Assembly: GCA_951406725.2 (NCBI GenBank)
Contig: OX597815.1
Coordinates: 68,572,001 to 68,636,000, forward strand
Length of the DNA: 64,000 nt
Reading direction: 5' to 3'
Origin: Octopus vulgaris
Lineage: Eukaryota
Shown: piece after piece, positions 26,437 to 39,895 of the stretch
Numbering within the stretch: the first letter of the stretch is position 1
Layout: the number at the start of each line of letters is the position of its first letter
The notes under the pieces: generated by a model
The model's input: the letters and a program-made list of their open reading frames with translations, nothing else
What the model was told of the DNA's origin: nothing
Database searches by the model: none
Program-made: the position numbers and the translations under genes

Positions 26437-26890
26437 GTAAGTTAATGAGACAGAGTGTTATTTCTAAGATTTGCAACCTGTGGAAATGGCTATGATTTAT
26501 AGATACACAGATTTTAATGGCAATTGATTGATTATTGATCAGTGTTATGAGTCGCAGATGACCTGACCTTGCAACAGAGACATAGCTATAAACTCATATA
26601 GCTATCCAATCACATCTGAAGGAGAAATAATATTTCCCAATAATTGATCCCTTCATCCCTCTACATACAGTTTTCTCACCTTTCTTCAGTTTTGCTTTCA
26701 TATATACAAGCATGCATTTATGTGTGTGTCTATGTCTGTGCAGGCTTGGCTGTGTTGTCAAGAACCTAGCTTACATCCTAACTATGTGGTTCCAGGTTCA
26801 TTCCGATTCAATGGTACCTTGGATAAATATCTCCTATAACCCTGGGCTGACCAAAGCCTTAGTAGGTTTGGTTGACAGAAACTGAAAGCC

Positions 26891-26945
<55 letters not shown>

Positions 26946-29740
26946 CACACACACACACACACACACATATGTGTATGTATGTGTTTGTCCCTTTATCTTG
27001 ACATCACATGACAGTTGTAAATGAATGTCATCATACAAGTGATGAGAGATACGACCTTGCTTAGAAACTGGTGAGAGGTTGCTTCAAGTTGGGCATTGGA
27101 CTATAGAACATCTACATCAACAAATTCCAACCAACCCAGGCAAGTATGGGAAAGAAGATGTTAAAATAATGATATATATTGATACATTGTTATTTATAAT
27201 TAAGATTAAGTCTTCTATTAATCATACATCTTGAATTCCAATCCAGCTATATAAAATAAAGGGTTAATCCAGCTCATAAAACAGTGCTAAAGACCCCTTG
27301 GGCAGAAAAAAGGCAGAAAGTTGCTTGCAGGATTTTTAACCCTGTCTATTATGTATTATATCATTTATAGCTGCATTGACATTTGAGATTTATTATTTAC
27401 AAAAGAATTATGTATTTCTCAATGCTTCTGTTATTACATTCTACATATTGGGTTATCCCATAAATAATGCAGTTTTTTTATACTTCTTTTATTTTTCAAA
27501 ATTAAGATAAACAAAGTTCTTTTTTAATCTAAAATCTACTCTCATTCATTTTTTACAATGCTCTTCCATCTATCTGGTAGACTTGCAAAGCCCCTCTTCC
27601 AAAATTCACTTGTCTGTGAAGAAAAATACTCCTCCAGTACTATTCTGACCTTGTCTACAGAATTCATATTTTACCATCCAAATAATTTCGAAGACTGTAG
27701 AATAAATGGTAATTATATGGGTCAATGTCTGCCGAATATGGTTAGTGGGACATCATTTCCCATTCAAACTGCTCCAGCCTTTGGAATGTCATCCTTGCTG
27801 TGTGTGGTCAAGCATTATTCTGATGGAAGAACACCTTTCGTCTTGAAACCAAAGGTGGTCGTTTTTCTTCTAGCGTTGACTTAAGCTGCTCACCGTAGAT
27901 ATCCTTTGTTATTGTTTAGTTTGAATTTAAAAGTTCAAAGTGGACTAAACCTTTCATATCCCACCAAACAGAAAACAACATCGTACATGGTTGAAGACTT
28001 TCTTTAGCCTGGTGTGCCAGTGTTTCTCCTTTCCCTACCAACTGTCTTCAGCACTTGACATTTTTATAGAGAACCCATTTCTTGTCACCAGTCACAAACA
28101 AGGTTCATTTGTGAGATGTGACAGCAAAGAAGAGCACACATTCACTCTCTGTGTGCGATTAGACTCAGAAAGTTTGTGACCCAATTTTCTGACTTTTCCA
28201 ATGGCACACGAGTATCGATGAATGGTTGAAAGACCAAATCCAAGCTTCTCTGCTAGTTCCTCAACCTGCTGGGTTCAAACTTTGCCTTTCATTCTTTTTT
28301 CAGGGTAAATAAAATAAATTACCAAGTTGATAATATTCACCAACTCCACTCCTTAAAATTGTTGGCCTTGTGCCTAAATCAGAAATAATTATTATCATCA
28401 TCATCATCATTAGCATTATTATGTTTCATTTTTGTAAATCTCAGACACTTAGTTGTTAAGCAGTTCAGACATTTCTACAAAGTAGTCAACAAGTTGACAA
28501 AGGTCCCTTACTACTTGCTCTCCTGTGCCTTTCAAAACTTTCCTTAATATCTTTGCTGCACAAAGAAGTACTGTCATCTGCATGACCAGTAATCTTGCAT
28601 CAATTCCGATTTTATTTACAAAGTCATCGAAAACTGTCCAGTATGCATTCCAGTGCTCTGATTACCACTGGAATCACCAAAACCTTCATCCCCCACAACT
28701 TTCCAACCTCCTCAGTGACTCATACTTCTCCATCTTTTCATGCTCTTCATCATTCACTCTGCTATCTCCTAGGATAGAGACATCAATAATTTGGACCTCT
28801 TTATCATTCTTGTTAATGACTACAATATCTGGCCTTCTTGCCTCAATCATTCTATCACAATGAATAGTGAAGTTCCACAAAAACTTAAGTTTGTTATTCT
28901 TTAACACGCCTTCTGATTTCTGCTCAAACCATTTAGCTGCTGTCATAAACCCACATTCCTCAAATATCATCCAGTGAATATATCTGGCAGGATATATTAT
29001 TAACCATCTTACAAACAATAACTCTGAGCACCTTTTCAAACTCCACCCGTCTAACACCCGTGGATATATTTACAAAGTCAGAAAACAGCACAGCTCCCAT
29101 GACTTTCAGAAACATTTTTTCACGCTGAGAGTTGCTGAAGCATGGAACAAACTGCCGGCATCAGTTGTTAGTTGTCGGAGCACTGCATCCTTCAAAACTT
29201 CCATGCTTTCTGAGATTCGCCAACACTACACCTGATTTTCTCCCCTCCATACACACAAGCATGTATCTGACTCATACATTGTTCACTTTCCAGACATTTG
29301 TACATTACTGCATATACTTTATACGCACTTTCTGACAAGTTGTGGTGCACCTGAGCACTGTATACAATAATTTCATTATTATTATTATTATTATCATGTC
29401 ATCTTTTGTACTCACACTGCGCCAACTTAACACATTCGCTTACAAGATGGCTGACCATCTCTCCTTTGTTCCTCACATTCTACATAATGGTGATTCTTTT
29501 CTTTTCTCAACATGATATTTAATGTAGTTAGTTCAGAGAACCTGCTCCTGGTTGCTGCATATCAGAGCTTCAGTGCATCCTTTCAGATTGCTTGAGGATT
29601 TTATTATTAAAAGTTTTATTAATTGTTATTGTTTTATTTTTATTGTATACACAAATTTTTGTGCTAAGCCCCATTTGTCCCTTGTGGTGTATTGTCCCTT
29701 TTTCGTTTTGTATCCAGCCCTTGTGGCCAATAAAGAAAAG

Positions 29741-29779
<39 letters not shown>

Positions 29780-32700
29780 GGTAGACAGAAACTGAAAGAA
29801 GCCCCGTCGTGTGTGTTTGTGTGTGTGCATTTGTGTCTGTGTTTGTCCTCTATCACCACTTGATGACTGGTGCTGGTGTGTTTGCATCCCCCATAACTTA
29901 GCAGCTTGGCAAAAGGGATTGATAGAAAAAGTACCAGGCTTTAAAAAATAAGTACTAGGGTCAATTCATTTGACTAAAAACTCATCAAGGCAATGCCCCA
30001 GCATGGCCACAGTCTAATGACAAAACAAGTAAAAGATAAAAGATAAAAGCTCCCACTAGCTGATCTCTACAACAGTCCATGAAATTTGTTTCCTGTTCCA
30101 TAAAAGAGTATCTAGCCTAAGCCTATTGGGAGAGCCATACAAGCTATATACAGTGGTGCAGTTAGTAGAGTGAGAGTTTGTAATGATTCAGTGTGAAGTT
30201 AGTGCACCAGGGCTCACTTCTCAGTCCCACTCTATAAATTATAGTCTTCTTAAATTCGAGCAAAGAATTAAAGACTGGTAGCCTTCAGGAGCTCCTTTAT
30301 GCTTTTGACTTAGTTCCTATAGCTAAATCTGTTGTAGAATTAAAGCCAACCACTTTTACAGGGTATACTGGGCACTTTTATTGAGACACCCAACTAAAAA
30401 CACTCAGTACACTTTGTAAAGTGATTGGCATTAGGAAGGGTATCCAGTGATGGAAATCATGGCAAAACAGATGTGTGTGTGTGTATCTGGCAGCAAATTG
30501 GCAGTCATCAGACATCAAGTAGACTCCCTTGTAATATTCGTTATAGCTCTTTGTGTTTCAAGTTCAAATGTCACTGAGATAAAAGTTGCCTTTCATTCTC
30601 CCAAACTCAATAAATATTACAGCTGAGTTGAAATTCAGGCTGTTAAGAAAGAAATGTATTGACCATTTAACTGTTTGACAGTAGCAACACAGAATCTAGC
30701 TTTCAAAATAGCAACACCAGTAGGAATAAACTCTGTTGTGATGCAGAACTAATGAGTGTATATGTCAGTAAAATATTTGTTTTTTGTTCTTGTTAATATA
30801 CTTTCTATTTGTTTATAAATTATAAACTTGCTTTCATCAGTGCAACTGTGGGACCCATTACTTTATTCTCTATCATTTGATGCACCAATCTTCTCTTGAT
30901 GCACTGATATACAGTTTGTACAAGATTGAAAGATCTTGTACAAACAATTTAAACAAATTTGTTTGGGGATTATTCTAAGACTGAAAATAGAATACTTGTT
31001 TATATTTATGTATATGAATTGGTTGTATATTTATTGTATATTGATTAGTAAATGCAAACTAAAGAAAGCATTGAAAGATAGTATATTAGAGCTGTAAATT
31101 AGCTCCATGGTTTGGGGGGATCAGTTGAGCTGCATTTCTAACAACAGTTCAATTTCATTTTTACATCTGTAATTTTGTTATACATTCCTCCAAGATTGAT
31201 TTAGTAAGTACCAGTGATATACTAAGATAAATTTAATGAGGTACACTCTGTCTTTTGAAAATTGATTCATATGCCTTTTTAAAAGACATCAGTATTCTAA
31301 CATTTGTGTGTCTTTTATATTTTCAGGATGGCAAGATGTTGGTATGGGATGCCTTTACAACCAACAAGGTCAGTATTATTTTGAAAATAGAAAAGAAATT
31401 ATATTTGGTAACTTCTCTCACTTTCTCTGTCAATTTGAACCCCACTTTCGTAATGAAAGACAGATACATTTAGATAATTCAATAATATAGTCCTAGATAC
31501 ACATTGCCTGAGAAAACAGATGCTAATAACAGCTGGAACACTGTTGATCTTAGATGTGCCTCATCAGGGCCGACCATGGGCTACACAACAAAATGATATG
31601 ATGTACCTGGGGGAGAGAGAGAGAGAGAAAATGATGTTTGTTAATTGAACACAATTGCCAGTATTTGAGGGTCAGTATGAATGGCCAATCGTCAGAAGAC
31701 CCAATGATTACATCGGGCATAATCATTGCTATCAAACCCTTCATCCTCTTATCAACATCACCATTAATGTTGACATCATCATCATCATAATATAATCATT
31801 AGCGGCAGTGACAGAGCTGCTCCCCACTCCCATCTCATCTTAGTAATCATCTTCAATTGCTTTACAAATTGCAATTAAGAAGTAGAGTAGTTTTTGGTGG
31901 GGGGGGAGAAGAAAAGAAAACAATGTGTAATGATATAACAATTCATCTGCTCAGAACAGAACAGTTATTGCCACCACCACCACCACTACCCACACACTTA
32001 TCTTTCACCGCTATCACTGCCACCATCATCATCACCACCACTATCACTACCAAATGTGACTTACTATTTGTCATTCCTCTCAAATTGACTTTTTTAAACT
32101 GCTCAATTTCCTTGACAGTTGCTCCTTTTATTTATTTATTTATTCGCTTTTTTAATGAATATGATAAATGGATAATTACACCACACACTCCTTTCACTCA
32201 CACTCACTGACTCATTATAATAGTTGTGGTGGGGCTGGTGGTTCTGAATGTGTCATCACTTTTTTCCCTCACTAAGCAGTATCTAGTCTTTCTTGTAATT
32301 TTTTTCTTTACCTACAAGATCAGAAAATGTGTGGAAAAACATGTAAACTTAGTGTAGAAGCAGAATTGTAAAACATATAGACAAGATACCACAATTCTTG
32401 TTAAATACAGCTACCCAGGGTTTCCTGGTCGAAGCAGTATTTTATTTCGCCATTTTCCAAGCTGATAACAAGACCGTTTGTCAGTTGCTTTTTTAAGCTG
32501 AGATAGATATAGATATGTATTTAAGTATGTATATGCTATTGTGTTTGTCCCCCACTCCTGCCCTCAACTTCACAACCAGTGTTGGTTTATTTATGCCCCA
32601 TAACTTAGCAGTTCAACAAAAGAGCCTGATAGAATAAGTATAAGACTTTAAAAGAAAAAAAAAGAACTGGGTTTGATTTGTTCAACTAAATCCTTCCAGG

Positions 32701-35700
32701 CATGGAGGCATGGCCCCAGTGTGCCCATAGTCCAATGGTTGAAACAAGTAAAAGATATAAAAGAGAAAAACATGGTAACTTTTTTGTAGAAGCAGGATTG
32801 ATACGTTTCATGATTGTATCAGGAAATCTGGTTGCTATCTCTTGTGAATATATATCATTTTTTAGTCCTCGGAAGGATGAAAGGCCTGCCAAACAGAAAA
32901 ACTGAATAAACAAACATAATGGTGATTTATATCTCTACATGTTAAAATGCTTCAACAATGCAGATAATAAAGAAAATTCTTCAGTATTTCAAGTCACCAA
33001 CAATCTTCATCATAAACTGGCTCTTATTATATATTACTATTATACATTATCTATTACTATTATATATTGTATATTATGTATTATATATTATTAAAAGGGT
33101 AGAGGATAAAGACCACCCACTTTGGTCATGAATGACAATGGGATTGCACCTACAGAGTTTCCCTCCGAGGTGCAAATCTGAGCAGAGAGTAGTTTTGTGG
33201 AAGACCAGCAGTCGTCTATACACACCAGCCTCCCTTCTCCATGCCACTTCTACAGCTGAGTGAGCTGGAGCAGCATGAAATAAAGTGTCTTGCTCAAAAA
33301 CACACAACACACAGCCTGGTCTGGGAATTGAACTCATTATCTCATGATTGTGAGCCTGACACTCTAGCCACTGAGTCATGCACCTTCATTACCCTGCCAA
33401 TTCACTGCCTCAAACAAATATATCTGTAATAATAATATATAATATACAGTATATAATAGTAATGTTATAATAATCTATACATATAAATTTGACATGGGTG
33501 AGTCTTTCTTGTCTTGGGATTCACAGTCAAATTGCTGGGTGGAATTGCACGAAAAATTACACAGATGTGTAAAATGATCCAGTGGTGATGCTGGGCTTTG
33601 TATTTTTTTCATAGGCCCCATGGTTACCAAGATAATCTACTATGATAATACTCTTGTGTTTATGAATGAGAAAGGAAGGGGTGATAGATGAATAAGGAAG
33701 GAAGGGGTGAGTGTTTTATATATGTGAATATATGTGTGTGTATGTAAAGGGGCGGGGTATATGAATGTGTGTTTGAGTGTGTGTGTGTGTGTTTGTGTGT
33801 GCACAATGGAAGTGGGATGGTTCATCTTTGTTCGCTTTGTATTTGGGTTTATTTTTTGATTTGGTTGAATCTTGGATGGTTTTTTTTTTTCTGTAAGCCA
33901 GTTATTTTTAACATTTTGACAGAAAAAAAGTCATTCTAAAATTGTTCTTTAAAGTAAGTGTGCCCAAGCAAGTCGAATGCTTACACAGAGCAGGTTTTAC
34001 AGCCACATCATCCAAACCGATCGGGCGAAACCGGGCTTGGCTACTAGTAATATATATATCATCATCATCATCATCATCGTTTAACGTCCGCTTTCCGCGC
34101 TAGCACGGGTTGGACGGTTTGACCGGGTCTGGGAAGCCAGGGGCCGCTCCAGGCTCCAGTCTGAATCTGGCAGAGTTTCTACGGCTGGATGCCCTTCCTA
34201 ACGCCAACCACTCCGTGAGTGGATTGGGTGCTTTTTACGTGCCACCTGCACAGGGGCCGGAGGGTCCGGCATCGTCACGATCGGTTCGAGCATTTTAACG
34301 TGTCAGCGGCACGGGGGCAACGAGGTCCGGGGTACTTTGGGGATCGGGGTACTTTGGGGATCCAGGGTACTTTGGGGATCCGGGGTACTTAGAATGGGTA
34401 GGGGGTATGTGGAATTGCTGCAGAAAGCAGCCCGGGTCTTTGTAGTCACAGCATATCTCCAGAGATCTCGGTCCTTCGCCATTGCCTCAGTGAGGCCCAA
34501 TGCTCTGAGGTCATGCTTGACCACCTCATCCCATGTCTTCCTGGGTCTACCTCTCCCCCTGATACCTTCAACTGTTTGGGAGTGGCACTTCTTCACACAT
34601 CTCTCTTCATCCATCCGCAGCACATGACCATACCATCGCAAGCGTCGCTCTTGCACACCACATCTGATGCTTCTTATATCCAGCATTTCTCTCAGGATAC
34701 TTACACTCTGTTTTGCGTGCACACTGACACTACACATCCAGCGGATCATGCTAGCTTCATTTCTTTCAAGTCTACGCATGTCTTCTGCAGTCACAGCCCA
34801 TGTTTCATTACCGTGAAGCATGGCAGTTCGCACACATGCATCATACAATCTACCTTTTGCTCTGAGGGAGAGGCCTTTTGTTGCCAGTAGGGGTAGGAGC
34901 TTTCTGAACTTTGCCCAGGCTATTCATATTCTAGTGGTGATACTCTCTGCGCATCCACCTCCGCTACTAACTTGGTCTCCCAGGTAGCGGAAACTATCAA
35001 CTACTTCTAGTTTCTCTCCCTGGAGTGTGATGGAATCTGTTTTCTGAGTGTCTGTTGTGTCTATTGTCCCTGTGCATCTGCCGCACATGAAAGCTATCTT
35101 ATCTGTTAATTTCCCTTTAATGTTGCTGCACCTCTTATGTGTCCATAACTTACATTGGGTGCATCTTATGGAGTTTCTACCTGTACCTTTCCTACAGGTT
35201 GAGCAGGGCCACCTACCCGAGGGGATGTGTGTTGAGTACCTCTTGCTGCTTACTAATACTTTGGTCTTTGCTACATTTATTCTAAGGCCCTTTGATTCCA
35301 ACCCTTGCTTCCACACCCGAAATTTCTCTTCTAGTTCCGGTAGTGATTCTGCTATGAGAGCTAGGTCATCGGCATAGAGGAGCTCCCAGGGGCATCCCGT
35401 TTTGAATTCCTCTGTTATTGCCTGAAGGACTATGATGAATAAAAGGGGACTGAGGGCTGAGCCCTGGTGCACACCTACTTCTACTCGGAATTCTTCACTA
35501 TATTCGTTGCCAATCCTAACCTTGCTAACAGCCTCTCTGTATAGAGCCTGTACAGCCCTTATTAGCCATTCTTCAATCTCCAGTTTCCGCATCGACCACC
35601 AGATAAGGGAACGGGGAACCCTGTCAAAGGCTTTCTCCAAGTCTACAAAAGCTATGTAGAGGGGTTTATCTTTAGCTAGGTACTTCTCCTGCAGTTGTCG

Positions 35701-38700
35701 GACCAGGAATATAGCATCAGTGGTGCTTCTACCTGGTACAAAACCGAACTGCATTTCATCTAAACAAATTCTCTCCCTAATGAGATTGGTTATGACCTTC
35801 TCTGAGACCTTCATCACCTGGTCCAACAGTTTGATACCTCTGTAGTTATTTCTATCTAGAGCATCACCCTTACCCTTGTAGCAGTTGACTATGGTACTGC
35901 TGCACCAGTCATTGGGTATGGCTCCATTGTGAACTACCTGGTTTACAATGCGGGTGACTATGGCATGGCCCACATAGCCAGCTGTTTTAAGCATCTCAGC
36001 AGTGATTCCTGATAGGCCAGGGGCTTTGCCTGGTTTCATATCCTTAATTGCCTTATCTACAAGGGAGCTGTCTATTCGGGTAGCTGGTCCCTCTACTGGG
36101 TCAACATTTGGCAGGCTCTCCTCCTCCCATTCATTCTCCTCATTCAGCAGTCTTTCATAATGGCTTCTCCAAGCCTCTTTCTTTTCACTAGTAGTAAAAG
36201 CAAGTGCCCCATCATCCATGCGGACACATTTCTCTCCTATAACATCGCTATTTTCTCTGACACACTGTCTGGCAATCCGAAATACTTCAGCTCTTTGATC
36301 CTCGCGACGCTGGACATTGGCAAACTTATTTTATATATTACTATTATATACTGTATATTACATATATATTGTTGTATTTCAGAATGGTCATTTCTAGTTA
36401 ACTATGTGCATCATGTAATAAAAAAAAAAATCATTCTTCCTCTAAATTTGCAGTTAAAGAATGCAAACTTATTGTATTTACTGGATTTAGGCATGGCTGT
36501 GTGGTTGAGACGTTTGCTTCCCAACCATGGGGTTTCAGGTTCAGTCCCATGGGACCTAGGACAAGTGTCCACTAAAGTAATACATATATATTACTATTAT
36601 AGATACATTTGTTTAAGGCAGTGAATTGGCAGGGTGGGCAAAGCATTGGATGGAATACCTTGTGGTGTTTATTTTGACTTTCTGTACTCACAATGTGATA
36701 GATTGGCAGAACTATCAGAGGATCAAGCTGGATGCCTTGCTTGTGTCTGTTCTACCTCTTTGAATTCTGACAGCAATGTCTGCAACAACACTAATGCCAA
36801 TCTGTATTAGCCTGAATTGGAGGCTTTTCCCTTGTATAAACATCAGTGGTGTAGAGAGGGATGACTTTTATACATAACTAACATATTTCGGAGGTTTTTG
36901 CCCCTTCACGAGCACCCATCTAACCCGTTAATCTTTCTCAAACACATTACTTAAAATATCTATAGAGATAACCTTAATAAATAACTTAGAAAGTGCACTG
37001 CTGATGCAGTAGAATGTGGTATTGACTTATAAAAACATCTAATATACTTTATAGTATATTATGGTTGCATAAGGAAATGCCATGTACCTACAAATCATTT
37101 ATATTTATGTACCAGTTCCAGGAATGCGTTTAATATGTAAATTGGTATATCCAATTATTACACACCACAAGATATAGTGGATATTTAAGCAATGTGTTCA
37201 AGAATGATTAATGGGCTAGATGGATGCTGATGAATGGGCAAAAACTCCCAAAATATGGCATATACACCCATTACTTGTTTTCATCTTCGATCTCATTGTT
37301 TACCTCTGACATTTCACTACAAAACATCGTAGCAAAAATCTGTGCTATAGAATATGTATAGAGATAACCTTAAACAATATTTATTTATTGTCTGAATTGA
37401 CTGGTCCATTGTCATTATTTTAACATCCACTTTTCCATGATTGAATGGGTCAGACGGAATTTGTTGAGGCAGATTTTCAATGGTTGGATGCCCTTATGTT
37501 TCCTAGCCAGATGATATTTCCCCATAGCCAGACATTGTTTCACATAATATCAGAAAATAAATGATATTGGGTTTCTTTCAGTTTCCATCTACCAAATTTA
37601 CCAAATCTTCTTACAGGGCTTTAGTGGACACTTGTCCTAGGTCCCATGGGACTGAACCTGAAACCCCATGTTTGGGAAGCAAACGTCTCAACCACACAGC
37701 CATGCCTAAATCCAGTAAATACAATAAGTTTGCATTCTTTAACTGTAACTTTAGAGGGAGAATGTTTTTGTTTTATTACATGATGTACAGAGTTAACTAG
37801 AATTGATTAACCTGTTTCTTTTTGACATATTCCACAGACAGCATTAAATTATGATTATTTTTGGTAGGCTTTCATGTTCAAAATTTTAAAAACTATAAAT
37901 TACAAAGGATGAGATACTAATTTGATGGTTTTATTGTCTTGATTTTTTTATATTGTACCAATATATCTTTTTGTTAATCAATCTTCAGCCAGGAGCAATG
38001 TCATAAATTGTTCATATGATAGGACATTTGTTTTATTTCCATTTCTTCCCTTGCCATCATGGGTTAGAAGAATACATATTATCGAAACTGTTATGTAAAT
38101 TATTTCTTATTCAATCCATCCCCATATACTTCATTGTATCACTTTGGTCATTGATTTCACTTCTAATATATCTCCAGTCAGTCTGCTAGCTCAAAATATT
38201 GAACCTAGAATAACTTTCTCTGACTTAGTTTCCATCATCATCGTCATTGAATGTCTGTTTCCTATGTTGTTATGGGTTGATTGGTTTGGCAGGTGCTGAT
38301 GAGCAAGAAGACTGCACCAAACTCCAATGTCTGCTTTGGCATGGTTTCTACAGCTGGATGCCCTTTCTAATGCCAACCACCTTACAGAGTGTATTGGGTG
38401 CTTTTTATGTGGCACTGGCACAAGTGAGGTGTCCAAGTAATTTGCAAGACAATACCATCCCCAAATGAAATGGGAACAGTATTGAGGGAGGTGGCTTTAT
38501 GCCAAGTGATGAAAGGTTAAAGTATGATAGAAGAATAGAAACAGGTATCTTTCATTATCATCATCATTTAACATCTGTTTTTCATGATGGCATGGGTTGG
38601 ATGGTTTGACAGGAGCTGCCCAGCTCCATGTCTGTTTTGGTATGGTTTCTATAGCTAGATGCTCTTCCTCATGCCAACCACTTTACAGACTGTTAGTTCC

Positions 38701-39817
38701 TTTTTATATACCACCAGTACATGTGCATTTCCACAGCATGGCATGAGTGCATTTTACATGGCACTGGTATGAATGCATTCTATATTAGCACTGGCATGAA
38801 TGCTTTTTATGTTGCACCGGCACCTGCAACAGACATGCCTGTATGTATGGATTGCCACGATTTTACTCAGCTTGACATGTCTTCTCAAGTACAACAAATC
38901 ACCACATTTCCCAGCCCCTTGTCATTTCCTCAGTGAGGCCTAGATCTGAAGATCCTTTCTTACTACTTCATCTCACATCTTCCTGCCCCTTCCATAGGCT
39001 CCCTCCACAGTTAGAGATTGCCACTTCGTTAAGCATCTATCCTCATCCATATGCATTAATCAGTTGTCCTCTTAATAAAATAAGTCCCTGTAGTATATCT
39101 AGAGAGAGAGCCAGAAACAGATGTCTTGCAGTACACATGATATATGGCTACTCCAATGGAAAAAAGAGAGATAATGAAGAGGTGTTAGAGAATACATTAA
39201 AAATTAAAGTAATTTATTCAAGGTTAATTTTGTTACTTGTGATAATGAAGTTTTTTGCACATGATTTCTTAGTTTCATGTATAGGTGTGTATAAGCTACC
39301 ACAGGATTTTTTTTTATTAATGAAGTTGTATCTTTAAAAAAAAAATGTTTCTTATACACAAGTAAATAAGGGAAATAAAATCTTACCATTACCAATAAAG
39401 AAAATTAGGTCTTAAAAATTATTCATCTCTGATATATAAAAAAAAAGTATGTTTCTAATACTTACTGATCTGATCCATTGATCTAGAAAACGGCACAGCT
39501 CATTTCTGATTCTATGTAGATACATATGCAAGTGTTTCATTAGCTTTCCAGGCCACATTATTGATAACCCAATCATTATTCCAACCTAACTATTTATTGA
39601 TTGTATTACAAGAAATCAGTGAACCAAAAAACTCTTTCCAGTTGACTAATCATAAATGTTTATTCAGGTATGTCTTTTATGTATTTGATATCTCATGTCT
39701 TGTCTCTCACAAATCTTATCTAGGAACTCTTGCTATTATGTTACACATCATTTGAACTAACTCATTTTATGACAGTTCTGAAGTCACCTGTGCCTGCAGA
39801 ACTATGTGAACACCATT

Positions 39818-39895
<78 letters not shown>

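Noticed and set aside
31545-31590. CTGATGAG on the minus strand (possible hammerhead core)
   Set aside because: No helix II/GAAA follows; the sequence resembles a dispersed repeat also seen near 10160-10220.
34924-34926. In-frame TGA as programmed readthrough or selenocysteine
   Set aside because: Older copies encode Arg here; a CGA->TGA mutation is the simpler explanation.
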